From: Catajapyx aquilonaris
Taxonomy: Eukaryota
NCBI GenBank assembly: GCA_000934665.2
Contig: KZ538095.1
Coordinates: forward strand, 1 to 64,000
DNA length: 64,000 nucleotides
Reading direction: 5' to 3'
Made by a program: the position numbers and the translations under genes. Under the pieces are notes generated by a model, which searched no databases, was not told the DNA's origin, and was given only the letters and a program-made list of their open reading frames with translations. Each line of letters starts with the position of its first letter. Position 1 is the first letter of the stretch. Below are positions 1 through 12,430 of the stretch, in pieces.

Positions 1-406
1 GGGGGGGGGGTGCACAGACGGTACCTTGTCGGATAGATACCCCAGATAAGGTCCTCTGTATTTAACCCTCCCCCCAAAAAACCTGGTTCTCAAATCACAT
101 GATTGCCAACCTTCTTCCTTTGCTAATTGCTAAGAACGGTTACCATATGATGCGCGGCCAGACATAATGTGCTTTGAGGTACACCCAGTTTGCTCTCAGG
201 TTCGGACTACAGGTGATCTTGTAATTGGATAGCCACTAAAGTGCTACCCATACGTGGGTCGGTTATTTATGGGCAGGATGATCAATTTGAGGAGGGGGGG
301 GGGGGACCNGGGGATCCATAAAGTACTGTAGACCAAATATTATTAGGGTCAGGAGAGGTTAGTTTCATTCCAAGCCGATAGATAGGCGCTGATGATTTGA
401 CTGTTT

Positions 407-536
407 TAAGGTGACTAGATAGAAATCTCTATCTATTTCTATTCTATTCTATTCTATTCTATTCTATTCTATTCTATTCTATTCTATTCTATTCTATTCT
501 ATTCTAAATCTATTCTATTTCTATCTAGTCACCTTA
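407..536. mobile_element. 130-bp hAT-type MITE whose interior is an (ATTCT)n microsatellite
   Basis: Perfect 20-bp terminal inverted repeats TAAGGTGACTAGATAGAAAT (407-426) / ATTTCTATCTAGTCACCTTA (517-536). Exact 8-bp flanking direct repeat GACTGTTT (399-406 and 537-544). An 8-bp TSD is typical of hAT elements, though P and Merlin elements also make 8-bp TSDs. Confidence 0.85.
441..505 (+). repeat. (ATTCT)13 pentanucleotide microsatellite
   Basis: 13 perfect ATTCT units seen directly, with degenerate units on both sides. Confidence 0.97.
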
Positions 537-2977
537 GACTGTTTGTACCCGTTACAGTACTGAACCAACACGTACAGTATGTGCAAAAAAAAATGTGTAC
601 ACTCATGTAGCACAAAGGAATGTGGATTCCCACCGAAAGTAGCCAAACCGTGAACATGACATCTAGTGAATCACGTCATCAGAGCGTCACGGCTCACGGC
701 TGTTTAATGAAATTATGCCTCGACGGGCCCCTCTTCCTTCAAACAGGAAGCAAAGTCATCGGTTTTTTTCCTGCGAAAAAAGGTGTATGGCAATAAAAAG
801 GGCGGAGCCAATATGGGTGGTTATTCACCTGTCAGCAAGAGCGAGCATGCGAATTTTACCTCGAAAAAAAAACTGTGTAGTACAAAAAAAAAGCAATGGA
901 AATATAATACTACGAATGTAGTCACTGGCTAACGAACCATACACGCACTTAGTATTACTTTTTGCGCGCGGTTACCTGGGCATGAGCATGAAATTGCTTA
1001 AATTATGGAAGATTTTCACGCCAAATTTGAGCTGAAATGGTCTCCGTTCACGAACCACTGCCACCATAATATATGGACTTGACAAAAAAAAATGTGTTTT
1101 TGTTCCAACTTATATAACTACATCCTTTATATACATCGGGTGGGGAGAACCTAGGGGCTGAACCCTCGTTAATTTGATTAAGTGGCGGCGTAGTTTTATT
1201 GTAAAGCGCCGCTTGCAATATGGGTAGTAAGGAGGAAGAGCAGAGAAGCCCCAACCCTTCCGTTTGGAGGCCATAAAGAAGTGGATGCCCTGCCCAGGAT
1301 ACCTGCTCTGCTCGGATGGGCTTGATGGAAATGGCCCAGAGAGAAAACAAGCTCTTGGAGCTAGGGGAGGGTTTTGAAATTATCACTTTATTCGGACTGA
1401 CTAATCTTGTGATTGATGTGGCCGGATCATTCCGGGCAGGGCAGGAGAGGATGAGAGAATATCAGTTGCAGATCTAATGCAGAGTTGGTGTCAACCGCCG
1501 GATCTCGTTTTAGGATGGACCAGGTGACAGGACGTATTCCGAAATTTTACTTCGAGCTGACCATTTTGTAGGTGGATATATGCAATTCTGATATAGAGTC
1601 TGATGCAGTCTCAGGAGAGGGTATCCTCTAGTAGGCTTACCAAACACTGAGCTTCTGGGGAAAGGGATTTGCATATTCGGTGAGGAAAGATGCTCAGATT
1701 AAACGTCGCTCCTGCTGACGAGATTCACCACCAAACACTTGAGATATGCAGACCACCTTCCAGGTTTCCTTTACTGAATTTGCTTAGTGAGAGTGCACCA
1801 TTTGGCAGCCTCTCTAAGCACTTTATTTGTTCACTTGAAACTGACATTCCCTACAATTCATTTATTTATTTTGTACCTCACTTATGATGGATTCTCAGAG
1901 GGTGCACCAGTGACGTCAGCTAGCTCCCGTTCCAAGTGTGATGACGTCACATGGACCGTACGTTGAGTGGAAACCGCCTAGTTTTGCATGACAAGTTTAT
2001 TACCATCAGACTGACCCTGACCCTGGAATTCCCAGGTCCTGTCCCGAGCTTCCTCAGGTACAGTGCTCCACCCAAACAAAACACCAGCTCCTGCCTCCAC
2101 CCACGCACGTTTTGTATATGCTAATTGCTTCCTGCCTGTCCGCCACATACGGACTTATTGTAGCCTATCCCTCCCAAAATAATGCAACAAAGTGGGCTCC
2201 CTTCCCCCCAATGGTGTTTTCCCTGGTGAGCTTGAGGATCCCTGGGTGTGAAGCACTTAGGGGAGCAGCGGTGACAAGTTTTCCCTCTCTTGACGCTGCC
2301 CTCCATTATGAGTGTGTATCATAAGCCGCCAAGGGACCCGCTGTCCCCACCATATAAAAAAAGAATCTCTGAGAATAATAGAATCATGGCTGGCAGTGAT
2401 TGGACACTCTTGGTCAATATCCTTCCCCATCATGTCCATAGGGGGGAAGAATATGGAAAAGAAAAACCTAACATCACATATCGATTACCACGATATAAAC
2501 CTGTACTTTTTCCCCTCCACGGCCAGTGTCGCCGTGACAAATGCCCTTGTGATTGGTTTGGATATTTCATAAGGCGGGCTCAAATCTCGGGAGACCGCCA
2601 AAGATCTCAAGTATACGGTCTAATAAAAATCCTGGCCTGGTTATTTTTCTCCTGAAAGGCTGATAAAAAACACCCTCCCAGGTAAGCTTATCGTTAGGAA
2701 TGTAGATTTTTCACTTTAGAGATTTATTCGTCATTTCTGGAAAGGGAGGGGGGGAACATGGTGGTAAGGAGGGAGAAAAGTAGAAGAAATTCCGAGGTAT
2801 AAAAAATGAGCAGCCGTTAAGAAGGACGTAAAGCTAGTATCGGGTCTCGGAAGACAACGTGGACTTATTTGTCCCATTCATTTTAATTATGTTGTGGAAG
2901 GACGAAACATACAGCATTTATTTACAACAATTTTATTAATATTAAAATCCTTAGTTGTACGAGCTGAGACGCCCTCG

Positions 2978-3046
2978 TTCTGCACCTGCGCAATGGAGAG
3001 AGGCAGCGCCTCTGGTGGATGAAAGGAGGAACTAGTAAATTAAAAT
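2978..3046 (-). promoter_or_regulatory. Copy A of a duplicated ~70-bp module containing a CTCF-like site
   Basis: Minus strand reads CTAGTTCC-TCCTTTCAT-CCACCAGAGGCGCTGCC (core 3004-3018, one G short of the canonical CCACCAGRGGGCGC), with an upstream-motif-like AGTTCC. 59/70 aligned columns are identical to 20462-20531. Confidence 0.6.
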
Positions 3047-4777
3047 GTAACAAATTCATTAATTCATAAAATGGTGGGATTGAAGACATTTACAACACTC
3101 CATGTCAAGGATTCCCATGTTTTAGGTGAAAGGAAAGCCATAAATGCCACCGTTGGCTCCTTTGGTAATATTAGCCAAGTCCAGCAATTCTGCGGCAAAT
3201 CACAGGCCCTTTCCCCCCTCCTAGCTCGGGTCCTATAATACTCCCACCCCTTGGTGTAATCCGGGCAAAATCAAATCCCCGGCGCGATGCAAGCCCAATT
3301 AGCCGGTGCTGACCCTGCATCCTGCGTGTCTTTTCTCCTTGGCGCCATTACCCATGGAGCACCACTAAAACCTCCGTCCCCATAAGAAGAAACCATTGGA
3401 AGCTGACACGTGCATTTCGCCTGGGGACCCACTTGCTGACGAGCTTTCTTCCTTGAGAGAGGGTGGCTACATAACCGGATAGTAGTTATCAAAAAATATT
3501 AGCTAGTAAGATTAGGCTGAATCAAAGTGAAGAAACACTTTAAGCTTCAGTAAGGGGGGTGGAAATGGTAGCAAGCAGGCAAAAGCCACTCGTGGAATTG
3601 CCCTCCCGGAAACACTTCTTTTCATGTGCTTACCAGGGGAAACTCCAAAGGGGCTTCCGCACACAAAAATCCTATCCGGGTGATGAGGAAGCAAAAGACC
3701 CGAGGTCATTTCTTATGCCGCGTGTTTTGCTGCAAGCAGTGTTTCGGCTTTGAGCGGCGCCATTCCATCCCGGAGTGCACGGGGGAGCCTACCCCCCTTG
3801 GAAAATAAAGTGCGGACCATAGACTTTGAAATTTCAAGTAGAAGGATGTAGGGTCAAAATAGCCATATCAATAATCAAGGTGGGGGAGGGGGGGAAAAAG
3901 AACCTCTTTTTTTTCCTTCGTTGCACTCGTTTCATCGCTACGGTGTAGCTGGTCAAATATCGTAATGCATCTCCTCCCTTCCCTGTAGGGAAAAGGGGCC
4001 ATTCCATTTCCATGCATAGGATTTGTGAAGTTGAAGGGGAGGAACATCCACTCATCCGATCCTATGGATTATATACAGGATCTTTTACATAGGCTCGCCA
4101 ATTTGCTGACTGAAATAAGGTGCCCCGAGGGAAATTGTAGAAATTGACTGATTATGTTGGCAGGTAAGGTAGGTAGCAAAATTATATGGGTGCTTAGGTA
4201 ATGAAGGCGACGGATCTAAAGGAAGCGACGGAGACGTCTGCAGTGGAATGAGTCGGTTCATTTTTGTTAATCACTAGCTTGAAGCTGGGTCTGGCGCTTT
4301 TATTCGCACCTAATGCTGAAGCAGATTAGGGTTCTCCCAATATTATAGAACACGGGAAAGAGGGAGGGGGGGAAGACTTACATCCCTTTCCCCCTCCCCC
4401 GTGACCCTGCTCCGGAAGGCATTAGTACATTCAAGTGCATATTCAGATGATCGGGAATGCTTTATCGCAGGGAAGTCCCCAAGGCTCTATGGAATATGGC
4501 GTGAAGTGGAATTTGCATTTCCGCGCCGACAATTAAGCCGATTAAAATTTATCAAACCCGAATTGACAATCCGTGACTCAGTCTCAGGGGCTGCTTCGAG
4601 TGCTTGCTATTAAGTCCCACCTACACTCTCAGCCCTACTAGGTCCGATTTAACCCAGGATTTTGTTGTGGAAAAATATGGATGGGTGACTGATAGTCAGC
4701 CGAAAGTAAAAATATTTAGCAAATAATATTTCTGGAGGTGTGTAAAGCTGGTACAGCGGGAATTAAATTATTAAGAG

Positions 4778-4916
4778 TGGTGAATAATTATGCACTTGAT
4801 GAATTATATTAATACACACGTATTAATAATTCATCCAGTGCATAAATGTATTCACCAAGCGTGTAAAATTATTCACGTGAATAATTTCACACACTTGGTG
4901 AATACTTTTATGCACT
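4778..4916. repeat. Two overlapping AT-rich palindromes, probably a decayed foldback/MITE relic
   Basis: 4837-4916 is an 80-bp spacer-less palindrome centred on CACGTG, with 3 mismatches between the 40-bp arms. 4778-4857 is a second imperfect palindrome sharing sequence with it. GTGAATA and TTATGCAC units recur to about 4960. Confidence 0.85.
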
Positions 4917-6942
4917 AGACAAAGAACATTATGCACCGGGGGAATAATTTTATGCACATTATGCATATAGTGATTGGATTATGCAATTCTAAGTATATTG
5001 TTATGTGTTCAATTTTATGGTATGTTTTGGATCTGAAATTCAGTATGACAAAATGTGGCCCAAAATATATGTGAATTTTGGACATTTCTCTAATGTGTCG
5101 GCCTATCAGCATTCCAGATTGCTTGAGGGCAAGGGACACAAGGGAGCTGCGTCGTATAGAGACGGATGCTTTAGGGAAGCACTTTTAATTAAGTGATTTC
5201 ATTTTTCATCAGTTCCTAAAGCGTCTCGTTTCAGACGCGAGCAAAAGTGGGAGCCTTTGTCTGCCGTTTGGGATGTCGCTAGCTTTCCACCCGGAAGAAC
5301 GGACTTCAATTCCAACTTTTTAGCTCCTATTGAGAATTTTCGTGATTAAAATCTCTGCTCGCTTGCTGCTTGCTTGGCGCGATTTGCGTTCCTGCTTGCC
5401 GTTTCAAATTAATGGCGGGGGGACATTATTTGCCGGGGGGTTTACAAAGGGCGGGAAATTTTTTGAAACGAATAATGCTGAAACATTAGTGGCTGAGGGG
5501 AATAAAAGGCAAAAAGAATAGCCTCCCGTCGAGCCAAAAGGAGAGCTCGTTTTTTCCTCCGCCTTTTTTCCCCGGTGTCCCAAGATGATCATTTTGAAGC
5601 TTTCATGTGCCGGGACATTCTTCTTGCCCACTGTCACAAGAGCGTATTCAGGCGGACAAGGCCGCCTGGAAATCTTGCTACATAAAAGGGATCCAGAAGA
5701 CACTAAAAAAATATATAGAAAAAGGGTCTGACGTAATAACTTTATGATACCACATTGACCATATAGGTCTGTAGGTTTGATGCATAGCTGGGATTTAATC
5801 TGGAATGACCCTCCCCTCTCTGGGTCATATCAATCGCTTTCGCGCCAGAACGCACATCAGAAATACACAATATTTCTTTATAACCTGGATTAGGGGGGGG
5901 GGGGGAGGAACATGTGCTTTTAGGCGATTAAACTCATCTCTCACTTTTTTCGGAGACAAGTTCGAAACCGGGTATATCTTACTGGGCCGGGGAGATTGCT
6001 CTCAAACTTATTGCAGTCGCCTTATCATTTGATACATGAAATATCGTGTCTGCCTTTCCGGATTTATGGCGCATATAAATATGTGGATCGGCACACTAGA
6101 TTTTTTTGTGATCCATCACTGGACCCCCCCAATAGGATATTAATACTGGGTTTTCCCAGGGCTTGGACTGTGATCCTCTTTTTGGCCAATTTCGACCAGA
6201 TTAAGCGTGTTTCCCACCGTCTCTCTGGGACGGGGGTGGAGGGGGTTAATCCATGACGTAATTAGTGAGGCGGCTGCTTGTCCGACACCATGTTGTAAAC
6301 ATGAGGGTGGTGTCCATGGCACGTGTCAGGGGTGTGCGGCGCAAGATGGGCCATAATAGTCCCACCGGTTTTATCCTCCAACGATCATATTTCCCAAATC
6401 TAGCATGGGGTTATATATAGGAACATTGAAGGGGTCAAATACTGGGTCCGGCCCATCCAGTGACGAGCAATGCAGGCGGATTAATTGGATTGAGCCCAGG
6501 TTCTGTGCATTGTATGTACCGGGGAGGGAGGACCCCGCTGTTTTCCCCCCGAAGCATACGTTATTGATGTTTCTGCTTCACAAAGATGAAACGTCATGCG
6601 TGTAAATCGCGCACTGGCATCTGCGGGCTGCACCGGACACAATGCTCCGCGCCGACAAACGTTCCATTAGTCCAATGAAAAGCTTACTCCTTTTGTTGGG
6701 ATGGGTCCAGCTAGGGACATGTAGTGCACTCTTTAAAAACGGAGGCAGAACCAGCTCTGGTCCTGGTCCGGTCCTCCCCTACCAGTCGTCTCCCCCACTA
6801 AAAAAAAAGGTCGCAACTGGAATAACAATTGCGATTCCTGGGAAAAGAAAAAAGTATTTAAAAATTAGTTTTTGTTCCAGGCTTGGAAGCTGTAGCCTCT
6901 AACCAGCCGCCATTTAACTGATAACAAATCTTGTAGCTTCAT

Positions 6943-6960
6943 CAGCGCCCTCTAGTGACA
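6943..6960 (-). promoter_or_regulatory. CTCF-binding motif, near-consensus
   Basis: Minus strand TGTCACTAGAGGGCGCTG is a close match to the CTCF core CCASYAGRKGGCRS. Confidence 0.65.
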
Positions 6961-8807
6961 AACTGGAATCAGCCCCATCTAGCGGGTTTCAATCCGTTTC
7001 CTCCCCGAAGCTGCTCTGTGCAAATCCAGGAGTTTGACAATCAGTAAAGGTGGGAGTGATTTTGGTGCCGCAGGTCCTGATATGAAGAGCATGAAGGAAA
7101 ATTAGCAGTGCACGAATAAGCGTCGCGCGTCGAGGCCGACGTTTCTGCAGCCTAAGCAAAGAGAAACTTCCGAACTTTGTGATGTAAGAGCGCCAGACAA
7201 AGGGATTTATGTTGACAGGAACATCTAAATACCGGCCCTTGTTTAACTTGCAACCCTCATGAATAGTAAATGAATAACGATAGAGCGTCGCAAATCCGGT
7301 CAAATCAAATACTTGAAAATAATTACCAGGGATTTACAAGCGTTGCCAAAGTTATTAAAGGCATTATGAACCCTCGTCTCATACTCCGAGGCGAAACTCT
7401 TGTCATGTTTCTTTTCCCCCCCTGGTGATCGATGTTTCGAGGGTAAATGAATTTCGCTTCCAACGAACCGTAATGACATCAGCAACTATTAGCCTCCTCA
7501 CATAGGTCGCGTTATTAAGCCTAGGGCAAGCTAAGAATTATTATTAATTGGCCACGTGCTGTTCCTACCGGCACTTCCCTTGACAATAAATCAATGACCC
7601 CTGTAAGCAAAGTGTCACATGGCGACAACCCATTAGGGTCACAAAAGTTAGGGGCGGGGAGGGTTTCCTCGTCAAAATATTCCTCTCTTTTTGCTCACTT
7701 GACTTGCAGTTGATTGGCGGCCGCTTGGGATCGATCCCCGATCCCCATTCCCCTAGGATCTGAATATGTCACGCATTATATGCTAACTCTACACTCCCCC
7801 CCTCCCTACTGATGCCTAATCCCCTCGATCCTTTTGATGAATGAAATTATTGGGTATGGGAAGCTGTTCAGCGCCAGGAATTGGAAATTAGAGGCCTGAT
7901 ATAGGATTACTCTAATGCTCCTTTGCATTCTACTGCCTGATGGTACTGTCCTTTTGTGCAGGACACTGAATGTAACATAATTGAAATTCACAATCAACTT
8001 GAAAATTATCCGTAAATATCGGATGATGGATAATAATATTTTGGATGATCGACGCGATTTTAATTGACTAGCCCTCCAGTGTGAGCATAAGGTGGCAAAA
8101 GGTTGTTCATCATCATGTCAGAGATGATTTACCACCTGCTATGAGCTGGGCGTATCCGCAGCCATCATCTGGCCATGAATATTGTGCCGAAACAGCTCGT
8201 TTGGCTCCCAACCGGAAGGTACAAAAAAAATATATTCACCCTTCGAGCTGGAAAAAATATGGTGGAACCTGCCAACACTTTTCCGGGTGGGAAACCAGTC
8301 GGAAAATATGACGGGCGTGTCAAAATGGCAACTCCCCCTATATCCATACAAAACCCTCCTACCAGTGGGGGTGAGCGTCATATTAGTGGTGGGTAAAAAG
8401 GCTTATCTGGTGCTAATATGCCGTCGGCTGGATGGCATGGGGAGGGGGGGGGGGGGAATTTTCCCCCCATAGCCTGTGACTCCGCCATTTCATTTCATAT
8501 TCAGTCAGCCAATGACGGAGAGGGAGCGGGTAGATATTATTGCGCCGAGGGGTCGGTTCAAGAGAAGGGTGATTGCGCATTTTCGGAGGGTGGCGTGTCA
8601 ACAGGGCTCGATCCATGCAATATCCTACCTGACACTTTGACACCATGGCTGCTCCATTGTCAAGTTATGAAAATCAGGTTCAAAAATTATTGACATGTTC
8701 TAATTAGTGAAAATTAATAAGTGCGAAGAGTAATGAAGATTAATAATTATTATTAATATAAGAAAATAATTAGCATGGTACGTAATGAAATTTCATAATT
8801 ATGGTAA

Positions 8808-9000
8808 ATCATGAAAGTTTGTGATCACAGAAAAAAGCATAAAAATTTGTGGGATATGACAATTTCTCAAATTAATAATTTAAAATTATGAATAATCATG
8901 AAAGTTAATGTGATGATGAAAAACATAAAAATAAAAAGCACGATAAAAATTCGTAGAATATGAAAATTGTACAAATTAATGACAATTTAAAATTATGAAA
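8808..9000 (+). repeat. Diverged ~90-105 bp tandem duplication inside a very AT-rich block (about 8690-9130)
   Basis: Units start ATCATGAAAGTT at 8808 and 8895. Both continue through CATAAAAAT...ATATGA.AATT...CAAATTAAT...TTTAAAATTATGAA. Confidence 0.7.
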
Positions 9001-11900
9001 ATTTCTAATTATGGAAATAATTAATTTAAAATTAATAGGTCAGAAAATGTAATACGTACTATCAAAAGGAATTGATTGTAACATTGTAAAATAAGTAACA
9101 AAAATTAATAATGCAAAAATAACCATACAAAACATGTCTTTGTAGTCTATACTATGAGTGGGTGCTCGTGTGTGTGTGACACAAGCTAACCACAGTTCAA
9201 TAGCTAAAAATGGCCTTCAAATAAATAAAACGGTCAGTATCTTGTAATTAAAAAGTTGCATATTCAGAATAATCATCTTATCTAAGCATATCCTAACCCA
9301 TTGCAAATTATTTTTATTTGTAGGCCTAGTTGTTATTTTTACATTATTAAATGACAAAATAACAGCTACAAATAAAAAAATAACGGGAAATAATAAAACC
9401 GAGGCGGCTTGGGTTTAACAGGAAGGGTAAAACGACAGTAAGCGAACTCTGTAGGTTGAGTCGTTAGAGATTTTACACTCTTGGGACCCAACATATACGT
9501 CGCCTTTTACGTCTCAAGTTTTGGGGCCGCATTGAAATATTCCCCTCATTTCCTCTGAGGTCAGAATTAAAAGAAGGAAAAAAATTAACGTCCGCACGTT
9601 TCGTGGGCGGACAGAAGATATTTCAAAAAAAAGCTGACTTCGGACCACTTAAAAAATCTATTTTACCCGCGTTTTATTTCTGAAAACGGGCGAAGGAAAA
9701 GGCACAATTATTTTGGCGGCTCCAGACTCTAGGGGAGATTTTTTCCCCTCCCCTCCAGTTTTTGGGGAGAGGTGGGGCCAGCGTGGGGGGGGGGGTGGAT
9801 TTCGCGCCCAAAAATAAGCCATCTGAATTGGAAGCTTCAGGAAGGAAAAGGACGCTTATGAAACACCCTATCGCCTTTCCCCATCAGGAAATAGCTAATG
9901 GGACCCGGATTATTCCTCTCATCCTTATATCTCTACAAATACGTAGTATCGATTCTGACTCACCCACGATATGAATTTTGACCTATATTTTTGACCCCCC
10001 CTCCTTTGGGAATATAATGCTCACCTTCAGGTATTGCATGTGACGTCATTGGGTGTCGGCATACGATGCTGGTGGGAAAATAACCCTTTGAAAGTGCAAA
10101 AGGGTTGAAAATGCTAGGGGTTGAGATGCTAATGGACATGAAATTTCAGAGGCAGTCTAGGCATCAAGTGCACGAAGGGAGAGAGATCGGATGGGGGGGG
10201 GGAGGGGGGGGGAGGACCCAGAGATGAGATTTATCCCAGGGAAAATAATTTGGAGTGCTCACACCCCCGTACCGCCCTACCCCCTCCCTCCACCTGATGC
10301 ACGTAGCAATGGAGGCATAAAACAAGGGGAGTTTTTCTGACCCCTCGATGAGTCGGTCCCGGGTCGAGTATCTTTTTTGCCCGAAGGTCGGATGAAGGCG
10401 CCTGGGAATTCAAAATGAAAAGGGGGGCGACGGTAATGGATGATTTTATATGTGTGTGTTTGAAACAGGGCAGCCAATATGAAAGGTGGTATTTTTTTAA
10501 GCCATTGTTGATCCCCATCCCCCCCAATAAATAAATATTGTGATGATTGTTCGAAACATTTTTGACATTATTGTAATAGTTGGTGAGGCATTGCTCCCTG
10601 GCTGTTGGCAACGTTGGGGCTTAAAAGTAGCCCCCCTTGATGTGAGGAGGATTAGGGGTGTAACCGTATGCCAACGGAATATGCGTATAGGTACAGTCAG
10701 GTCGAGATTTGGAGCAAGGCTGACGAGTGTCAGAGAGACTGCGTGTCTGCCTGAGACCTAGATATTTGCATGATAAGCGTCTCCAAAAATATAGCTCCGA
10801 GTGTCTGCACCTAAGCCAGAACTCCTACTTATTTCCCGCCCGGTTCCAAATTTTTTTATCAAATCAATTTGTTTTACTGAAGTGACCTCCCCCCCCCCCC
10901 TATCTAATTTTGGTCATCGATTTATGCGTCTGAATGTTTAATAGCATCAGGTTGGCTGGGTCCAATCCTAATGTAGGATTGAGCGCGTTAGAAGAGGGCC
11001 ATAAGGCGTCTGCAAAGAGCGCCCCGGGGCGTAAAAGTTGTGCCGATGGGAGAGTTATAAGAGTCATCATACGTGGGCTTATTCCCGCGGTATGAAATGT
11101 ATGTGTGATGGGTGCCTAGGGAGGACTAGGAAGCGGCGCCACGGATTCATTTCCCCCNCCCCCCCCTCCTCTTACAAGAAGGTTCCTCTGAGAGTGCTGC
11201 CTCCTTGCCTCTCTGGACGAATTATGAAAATTGCGCTTCCCAGCACATCACTGGGTTCAGGCCATAAGAGGGCATATTTTCTCTGGGATTGGCTCCTGCG
11301 ATTGATGCGCCTATTCATAGCCGTTGGGATACGTTGGGAAGAAGCCGATTTATAGCTTAGGAGAAACCAAGTACTCCACAGGATTTGCTGAGAAGCACAA
11401 GATATTTTGTCTGAATAATTGAGCCGGATATGATAGGGGTGCAGAACAAGGTCGATAAGTTGGAATCATAAAAGCTGTAAGGTAGTTTTTAGACTGGCGT
11501 TGGGATTGACATCTCCATCCATTCTCCCCCTTGTGGTGGAGGCAGGCGGAAGAAGCTGGGTTTGGGATGATATACTGGGCGCATCCCCGGAAACATTTCC
11601 CCGCCGTGCTATTTTCCGAAATGAACCCCCAGGTCTACTGACTCCTGCTGGGAATGATTATTGATAAATGGCGCAAAAGGAGATCGGCACATCATTTACT
11701 GCATGTTGGGAGGGCAGCCTCGGGCGCCTTGCTTGTCTCCAGAGGAACATATGCCGCCGACTGACAGCCAATATGTCCGGAGTGTGTTTCCGTGTCATTT
11801 CCATCCGCAGGGCGCCCCAGACTCCCTGCTAAGCAGCAAAAATACTGATGCTGCCAGACTCTCACCATTCAAGCTCTTTGCCACCACTGTGGTTTGAGAA

Positions 11901-12430
11901 GCGATATTTGCTGGTAGATTCAATTTGCGACCCAAAGATTTAACGACATTTATCGATTTAACGATATTATAAGCATTATCGACTACACGATATAAAGCGA
12001 TATTAAACAACAAGATTGGTAAATCACGTGAGCGTGATTAGCGTAGACTTTTCCATACCACTCATAACTCATTTTCGGCCAAAAGTTGACTTACCCTTTT
12101 CCTCCTCCCTCCCCTACCCCCAGAATGCCCATTTCCCTTTTAAAAAATCTGTCCTATAGCAAACCCATCTTTTAGACCTTATTTCTCATCCATCGATAAA
12201 AGTCTTATATCACGGCTCTGTCCGTCCATCCGTCTGTGGACAAGTATCAGGTATCGTGGGGTAGGAGGAGGAGGGGGAAGGTGATCTGGGAACGGTACTG
12301 TGGGGGGGGGGGGGGGGNATCGATATCAAACGATATTTATGGATTACACGATATCAAACGATGTTTAACGACATTAAACGATATTTAACGATATTATATA
12401 CGATATACGAGATATTTAGCGATATTAAAT
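11901..12430 (+). repeat. Two degenerate arrays of a ~10-bp AACGATATTW unit (about 11940-12010 and 12319-12430) separated by ~310 bp
   Basis: Repeated ACGATAT/GCGATAT/ACGACAT units. The arrays share longer homology (TTATCGACTACACGATATAAAGCGATATTAAA vs TTATGGATTACACGATATCAAACGATGTTTAA). Confidence 0.8.

Noticed and set aside
3030..3036. Helitron 3' end (CTAG followed by T) for the duplicated module
   Set aside because: There is no GC-rich hairpin at the expected short distance upstream of CTAG, and no identifiable 5' TC end.
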